From the NCBI GenBank assembly GCA_030429125.1, contig JAUIDF010000005.1, positions 11,163 to 35,162 on the forward strand: a DNA stretch of 24,000 nt. Reading direction: 5' to 3'. The translations under genes and the position numbers were made by a program. This stretch comes from Gammaproteobacteria bacterium (GTDB taxonomy: Bacteria > Pseudomonadota > Gammaproteobacteria > Arenicellales > CAJQKF01). Shown here one piece after another: positions 19,618 to 24,000 of the stretch (within the stretch, counting starts at the first letter, position 1; each line of letters opens with the position of its first letter). The notes beneath the pieces are model-generated. The model did no database searches. It had not been told where the DNA came from and saw nothing but the letters and a program-made list of their open reading frames with translations.

Positions 19618-20253
19618 ATTTCTGCCGATGACCGCATCGTCGGGATCTTCGGAGGCACCTTCGATCCGATTCACCTCGGTCACCTTCGACTCCTCGACAC
19701 GGTGCTCGAGCGGCTGCCGCTCGATGTCGTCCACGTGGTGCCTGCCGCCGTGCCACCCCTCAGGGGGCAGCCCGCGGCCGGGCCCGAGCATCGCGTGAGA
19801 ATGGTGGAACTGGCCATCGCCGGCCGCGAGCGGCTGCTTTGCGACCGGCGCGAGATCGATCGCGAGGGTGTGTCCTACACGGTGCTCACCGTCGAGGAAA
19901 TGCAGCGCGAGCTGCCCCGTGGCCGACTGGCCCTGATTCTCGGCCGGGACGCCTTCGACAAGCTGCCCAAGTGGCACCGGTTCGACGCCCTGCGCCGGCT
20001 CGCCGACATCGTCGTGATCAATCGTCCGGGATACGACGACCCGACCGAGTCGCCGGCATGGATGGGGGATGAACCCGTCCGCACGTCCCTGGACCGCTCG
20101 GCGCCGCCGGGACGCGTGGTGGCGCTCACGATGCCGCCATCGAATATCTCGGCGACCCGCCTGCGGCGCCGCCTCGCCACCAACGACGACGTGTCGGCCA
20201 TGCTCGCGCCGGCGGTACTTTCCTATATCCGTGAACATCGACTCTATGCCTGA
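19618..20253 (+). CDS. nadD: nicotinate-nucleotide adenylyltransferase; 5' end uncertain because no canonical start lies upstream of the catalytic motif
   Basis: The frame carries GIFGGTFDPIHLGH (the (H/T)xGH nucleotidyltransferase signature, 19642-19683) and the ISATRLRRRL (ISSTxIR-like) motif. The first ATG/GTG/TTG in this frame is GTG 19702, downstream of the motif. I give ATT 19618 as a tentative start (GGGGG sits 6 nt upstream). The canonical-start ORF is 19702..20253. Confidence 0.8.
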   Translation: MSADDRIVGIFGGTFDPIHLGHLRLLDTVLERLPLDVVHVVPAAVPPLRGQPAAGPEHRVRMVELAIAGRERLLCDRREIDREGVSYTVLTVEEMQRELPRGRLALILGRDAFDKLPKWHRFDALRRLADIVVINRPGYDDPTESPAWMGDEPVRTSLDRSAPPGRVVALTMPPSNISATRLRRRLATNDDVSAMLAPAVLSYIREHRLYA

Positions 20254-20635
20254 CAAGCCTTCAACTCTCGCCGACTCGGCGACATTGTGCGACGCTCTCG
20301 TCGGCGCCCTCGGCGACGGCAAGGGGCAGGACATCACTCGCCTGGAAGTGAGCCAGCTGACCACCATGGCGGACTTCATGATCATCGCCAGCGGCACCTC
20401 GTCGCGCCACGTGAAGTCACTGGCCTCGAACACGGTGGACGCGATGCGCGAGCGGGGCATCCGGCCGCGCGGCGTGGAAGGCGAGGAGGATGGCGACTGG
20501 GTCTTGCTCGACTTCGGCGACGTCATCGTTCACGTCATGCAGCGCGCCGTGCGCGAACATTACGACCTCGAGGGCCTGTGGCAGGCCGGGTTCGGCGATG
20601 CCATGCTGCGCCGCGCCCGCGACGTGGCCGACTGA
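20246..20635 (+). CDS. rsfS: ribosome silencing factor RsfS (iojap/YbeB family)
   Basis: ATG 20246 overlaps the nadD end by 8 nt, giving 129 aa. Motifs: DITRLEVSQLTTMADFMIIASGTSSRHVKSLA and DWVLLDFGDVIVHVMQRAVREHYDLEGLW. nadD-rsfS-rlmH synteny supports the call. Confidence 0.87.
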   Translation: MPDKPSTLADSATLCDALVGALGDGKGQDITRLEVSQLTTMADFMIIASGTSSRHVKSLASNTVDAMRERGIRPRGVEGEEDGDWVLLDFGDVIVHVMQRAVREHYDLEGLWQAGFGDAMLRRARDVAD

Positions 20636-20660
20636 AGCCGCGAGACCCGGTGCAGGCGGC

Positions 20661-21128
20661 GTGAAGGCTACGCTGGTCGCGGTCGGGCGCCGCATGCCGG
20701 ACTGGGTGAATGCCGCCTTCGACGAGTACCGTCGTCGTCTGCGCCCGCCGGTGTCGCTTGAACTGGTCGAGGTCGAGGCCCGGCGGCGGGGCCGGAACGC
20801 CGACGTCGCCCGGATCATCGAGGACGAGGGCGCCGCGGTGCTGGCCGCCGTGCCCGGCGGTGCGCTGCCGGTGGCCCTCGATCGCGGCGGTCGCGACGTC
20901 GATACCCGGGAACTCGCCGGGCTGCTGCAGGGGTGGGTCGACGACGCCCAGGACGTGGCCTTCCTGGTCGGCGGTCCGGAAGGCCTGTCCGCGCCGTGCC
21001 TGTCGGCGTCGCGCTTGACGCTCTCACTGTCCCGACTCACGTTCGCCCATCCGCTGGTCCGCGTCGTGCTCGCCGAACAGCTCTACCGCGCCTTCAGCAT
21101 CAATCATGGCCTGCCCTACCACCGCTGA
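20661..21128 (+). CDS. rlmH: 23S rRNA (pseudouridine1915-N3)-methyltransferase RlmH
   Basis: GTG 20661 gives 155 aa, collinear with E. coli RlmH (LVAVG..MPDWV ... GGPEGLS ... LTFAHPLVRVVLAEQLYRA ... HGLPYHR). Confidence 0.9.
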   Translation: MKATLVAVGRRMPDWVNAAFDEYRRRLRPPVSLELVEVEARRRGRNADVARIIEDEGAAVLAAVPGGALPVALDRGGRDVDTRELAGLLQGWVDDAQDVAFLVGGPEGLSAPCLSASRLTLSLSRLTFAHPLVRVVLAEQLYRAFSINHGLPYHR

Positions 21129-21690
21129 TTCCGATCTCTGTCTCGCCTCGGCGTCGCCGCGTCGCACCGAGTTGCTGACCCAGATCGGCGTGCGCTTCGT
21201 GCGCGCGGTACCGGGCATCGACGAGGCGGCCATCCACGCGGCCGACGCGCGTGAACGCGTGTTGCGCGTGGCGCAGGCCAAGGCGCGGGCAGTCGCGACG
21301 CCGGCGGCGCTGCCGGTGCTGGCGGCCGACACCGCGGTGGTCTGCGATGGCGAGACACTCGGCAAGCCGGTCGACCGCGACGATGCCATGCGTATGCTCG
21401 GCCGGTTATCGAACCGATCGCATTGGGTTTATACTGCCGTGGTCGTTCGCGCAGGCGAACGCCGCTTCGAGGCCGTCGTCGCCACCGAGGTATGGTTCGC
21501 GGAGCTCACCGCCGCCGCCATGACACGGTACTGCGACGGCGATGAACCCTACGACAAGGCCGGCGCCTACGGTATCCAGGGGCGCGGGGCGTTGTTCGTC
21601 CGGCGTATCGAGGGGAGCTACAGCAACGTGGTGGGGCTGCCCCTGTTTGAAACCGCGTCATTGCTTCGGCAGGCAGGTATCAGTTTTTGA
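21106..21690 (+). CDS. maf: Maf-family nucleoside triphosphate pyrophosphatase
   Basis: 194 aa with LASASPRRTELL, VLAADTAVVCDGETLGKP, KAGAYGIQG and NVVGLPL. It overlaps the rlmH end by 23 nt. Confidence 0.88.
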   Translation: MACPTTADSDLCLASASPRRTELLTQIGVRFVRAVPGIDEAAIHAADARERVLRVAQAKARAVATPAALPVLAADTAVVCDGETLGKPVDRDDAMRMLGRLSNRSHWVYTAVVVRAGERRFEAVVATEVWFAELTAAAMTRYCDGDEPYDKAGAYGIQGRGALFVRRIEGSYSNVVGLPLFETASLLRQAGISF

Positions 21691-23174
21691 GTGAAGAGTT
21701 GCTGATCAACATCACGCCGCAGGAAACGCGCGTGGCGGTCGTGGAAAACGGCGTTCTGCAGGAAGTGCACATCGAGCGCAATCACGGCAAGGGGATCGTC
21801 GGCAACATCTATCGCGGCAAGGTGGTGCGCGTGCTACCGGGCATGCAGGCCGCCTTCATCGATGTCGGTCTCGAGCGCACCGGCTTCCTGCATGCCGACG
21901 ACATCGTGGTCCCCGGCGAAAACGGCATGGTGCGATCTTGCGAGGCCGCCAACGGCGACCGCGAGAAGAACGCCATTGCCTCGCTGATCCGCGAAGGCCA
22001 GTCGGTGGTGGTGCAGGTGGTGAAGGATCCCATCGGCACCAAGGGCGCTCGCCTGACCACCCAGATCGCCATTCCCTCGCGCAATCTCGTCTACCTGCCC
22101 GGCACCGACCACGTCGGCGTGTCCCAGCGCATCGCCGATCCCGACGAGCGCGAGCGGTTGAAACAGGTGGTGCGCGAAACGCGGGAGACGCTCGATATCC
22201 CCGGCGGTTTCATCGTGCGCACCGCCGGCGAGTCCGCCGACGGCGACGACATGCGCCAGGACATGCTCTTCCTCAAGCGCATCTGGGAGCGCGCCGAAAA
22301 GATGAAGGACGAGGTCGGCAACGGCCTGGTTCACGAAGACCTGCCGCTTGCCATGCGCGCGCTGCGCGATCTCGTGAACGAGGACATGGAGAAGATCCGC
22401 ATCGACTCGCGCGAGACCTACCAGAAGGCGCGCGGCCTGGCTCACGAGCTCGTGCCCGAGGTGCTCGAGAAGATGGAGTACTACCCGGGCGAGCGGCCGA
22501 TCTTCGACCTGTACTCGGTGGAGGACGAAATCCAGCGCGCGCTCGACCGCATGGTGCCGCTGAAGTCCGGTGGCTACCTGGTGATCGACCAGACCGAGGC
22601 GATGACCACCATCGACGTCAACACCGGCGCCTTCGTCGGTCGTCGCAACCTCGAGGAGACGTTGTTCAAGACCAACCTCGAGGCGGCCCAGACCATCGCC
22701 CGCCAGCTGCGCCTGCGCAACATCGGCGGCATCATCATCATCGACTTCATCGACATGGACCAGGAAGAGCACCGGCGGCAGGTGATGCGGGCGCTGGAGA
22801 AGGCGCTGATCCGCGACGGCGCCCGCGCTCACATCGCCGACATGTCGGTGCTGGGGCTGGTGGAGATCACGCGCAAGCGCACGCGCGAGAGCCTCGAGCG
22901 CATGCTCACCCAGCCATGCCCGGCCTGTGCCGGACGCGGCGTGCAGAAGACGCCGCAGACGGTGTGCTACGAGATTTTCCGGGAGATCCTGCGCGAGGCG
23001 CGCCAGTTCGAGGCGCAGGGCTTCATGGTGCTGGCGGCCCAGGTGGTGATCGACGTCCTGCTCGACGAGGAGTCCACCGGCCTCGCCGACCTGCAGGAGT
23101 TCATCAAGCGGCCCATCCAGTTGCAGGTCGAGCCCGCCTATAACCAGGAGGTGTTCGATGTCGTCCTGGTCTAG
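21687..23174 (+). CDS. rng: ribonuclease G
   Basis: The TTG start at 21687 forms a TTGA overlap with the maf stop, giving 495 aa. The N-terminus MSEELLINITPQETRVAVVENGVLQEVHIE...GNIYRGKVVRVLPGMQAAFIDVG (S1 domain) parallels E. coli RNase G. The catalytic region is TTIDVNTG...GGIIIIDFIDM. The size fits RNase G rather than RNase E. Confidence 0.9.
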   Translation: MSEELLINITPQETRVAVVENGVLQEVHIERNHGKGIVGNIYRGKVVRVLPGMQAAFIDVGLERTGFLHADDIVVPGENGMVRSCEAANGDREKNAIASLIREGQSVVVQVVKDPIGTKGARLTTQIAIPSRNLVYLPGTDHVGVSQRIADPDERERLKQVVRETRETLDIPGGFIVRTAGESADGDDMRQDMLFLKRIWERAEKMKDEVGNGLVHEDLPLAMRALRDLVNEDMEKIRIDSRETYQKARGLAHELVPEVLEKMEYYPGERPIFDLYSVEDEIQRALDRMVPLKSGGYLVIDQTEAMTTIDVNTGAFVGRRNLEETLFKTNLEAAQTIARQLRLRNIGGIIIIDFIDMDQEEHRRQVMRALEKALIRDGARAHIADMSVLGLVEITRKRTRESLERMLTQPCPACAGRGVQKTPQTVCYEIFREILREARQFEAQGFMVLAAQVVIDVLLDEESTGLADLQEFIKRPIQLQVEPAYNQEVFDVVLV

Positions 23175-23505
23175 GTTCGCTATCGCCATCGGGGCGGTGG
23201 TCTGGATCGGCATTGCCCAGGCCGCATTCTGGCAGGCCACCATCGCGCGCGCCGACTGGCAGCGTCACGCCGCCGAGGGGCGGCTGCTCGAACTGGATGG
23301 CGTGCGCGAACTGCTGTCGCGTTTCGAGGAGGCCGAGGGCAACGCCGTCACCGTCCGCTACCCCGGCGGCGACGCCGGCAGCGCCTGGGCGGTGGAGTTC
23401 CGGGACCGGCTGGTTGCCTGGGGGATTCCTTCGGCCTACGTCGAGATGCTGCCGGGGTCCGGTGGGCTGGACATTCTTCACGTGAGTCTCGTCGATGGGC
23501 AGTGA
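23158..23505 (+). CDS. hypothetical protein with N-terminal transmembrane/signal-anchor segment
   Basis: ATG 23158 is preceded by AGGAGG (23146-23151) with a 6-nt spacer, giving 115 aa. The N-terminal hydrophobic stretch is FAIAIGAVVWIGIAQAAFW. G/C-rich third positions match the flanking genes. It overlaps rng by 17 nt and the downstream gene by 11 nt. I recognise no family motif. Confidence 0.6.
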   Translation: MSSWSRFAIAIGAVVWIGIAQAAFWQATIARADWQRHAAEGRLLELDGVRELLSRFEEAEGNAVTVRYPGGDAGSAWAVEFRDRLVAWGIPSAYVEMLPGSGGLDILHVSLVDGQ

Positions 23506-24000
23506 CGTGCCGTTTCGATGCGCGCTGGTCCAGATGTGTTCGGGCACCGACGTCGACGCCAACCTCGCCGCGGCGCGGCGGCGCATCGCCGAGGCCGCGT
23601 CGGAAGGCGCGACGCTGGTCGCCTTGCCCGAGAACTTCGCCCTGATGCCGGATGGTGCCGGCGCGCTCATCGCCTGCGCCCGCGACCGGGCCGACGACAT
23701 CGACGCCTTTCTCGCGGATCGCGCGCGCGAGCACGGCGTGGTGCTGGTCGGCGGCTCGTTTCCGGTGCCGTCGCCCGACGCAGATCGTATTTACGGCACC
23801 TGTCGCGTCTACGGTGCGGATGGCGCGCGCCTGGCGAGCTACGACAAGATGCACCTCTTCGACGTCGTGGTGTCGGACACGGAGTCGTATCGCGAATCGG
23901 CCTACACGGCGCCGGGAACCGAGATCGTCGATGTCGCCACCGACGTGGCCCACCTCGGACTGAGCGTTTGTTACGACGTTCGTTTCCCGGAGTTGTACCG
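23495..24000 (+). CDS. carbon-nitrogen hydrolase (nitrilase-superfamily) protein, N-terminal part (3'-truncated by window edge)
   Basis: The frame from ATG 23495 stays open to the window end, so it is not in the track. My translation is MGSDVPFRCALVQMCSG...LVALPENFALM...YDKMHLFDV...LGLSVCYDVRFPELY. It carries the Glu (PENF), Lys (KMHLFD) and Cys (VCYDVRFPE) catalytic-triad contexts of the nitrilase superfamily. Confidence 0.8.
   Translation, partial: MGSDVPFRCALVQMCSGTDVDANLAAARRRIAEAASEGATLVALPENFALMPDGAGALIACARDRADDIDAFLADRAREHGVVLVGGSFPVPSPDADRIYGTCRVYGADGARLASYDKMHLFDVVVSDTESYRESAYTAPGTEIVDVATDVAHLGLSVCYDVRFPELY

Noticed and set aside
19613-19798. 61-aa ORF (MIFLPMTASSGSSEAP...) as an independent gene
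   Set aside because: It is the +1-frame reading of the nadD 5' region, serine-rich with no motifs. It is relevant only because its ATG 19628 is the candidate start if a 1-nt indel exists (see the nadD finding).
18295-20526. 743-aa minus-strand ORF opposite proA, nadD and rsfS
   Set aside because: It is a shadow ORF like 15086..18298: antisense to motif-bearing genes, with a low-complexity arginine/glycine/histidine-rich translation.
1-24000. Search for tRNA/rRNA genes, CRISPR arrays, IS/transposon ends, integrases, toxin-antitoxin or defence-like cassettes, and GC-skewed islands
   Set aside because: None was found by eye. The only lower-GC patches are four short intergenic spacers. There are no direct or inverted repeat pairs bracketing any segment, and every gene-sized ORF is accounted for by a housekeeping function.

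Overview
The window is very GC-rich, with strong G/C preference at third codon positions, and is fully packed with housekeeping genes, all on the + strand. I call 24 CDSs and no RNA genes, mobile elements or CRISPR arrays. Positions 1-13524 hold the distal division/cell-wall (dcw) cluster: murE (3' end)-murF-mraY-murD-ftsW-murG-murC-murB-ftsQ-ftsA-ftsZ-lpxC. Next come a small DUF4389-like membrane protein, leuS-lptE-holA-proA-nadD-rsfS-rlmH, then maf-rng, a 115-aa unrecognised membrane-anchored ORF, and the 5' part of a carbon-nitrogen hydrolase. Gene order and protein motifs fit a high-GC Gammaproteobacterium; I cannot assign a genus from sequence alone. Most junctions are start/stop overlaps (ATGA, TGATG, or 8-23 nt overlaps), consistent with long translationally coupled operons. 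The only sizeable non-coding stretches are ftsA-ftsZ (131 bp), ftsZ-lpxC (375 bp), lpxC-small ORF (110 bp) and leuS-lptE (111 bp). I see no evidence of a novel multi-gene system such as defence, secretion, a mobile island or a biosynthetic cluster; this is conserved core genome. The points worth a second look are modest. (1) nadD has no canonical start codon upstream of its essential GGTFDPIHLGH motif. (2) An orphan 115-aa ORF is tightly coupled between rng and the C-N hydrolase. (3) The long ftsZ-lpxC spacer holds a very strong compound hairpin and a possible short upstream ORF. (4) Synteny departs from reference genomes: no ddl between murB and ftsQ, and rlmH abuts maf. The many long antisense and off-frame ORFs in the track are high-GC artefacts.
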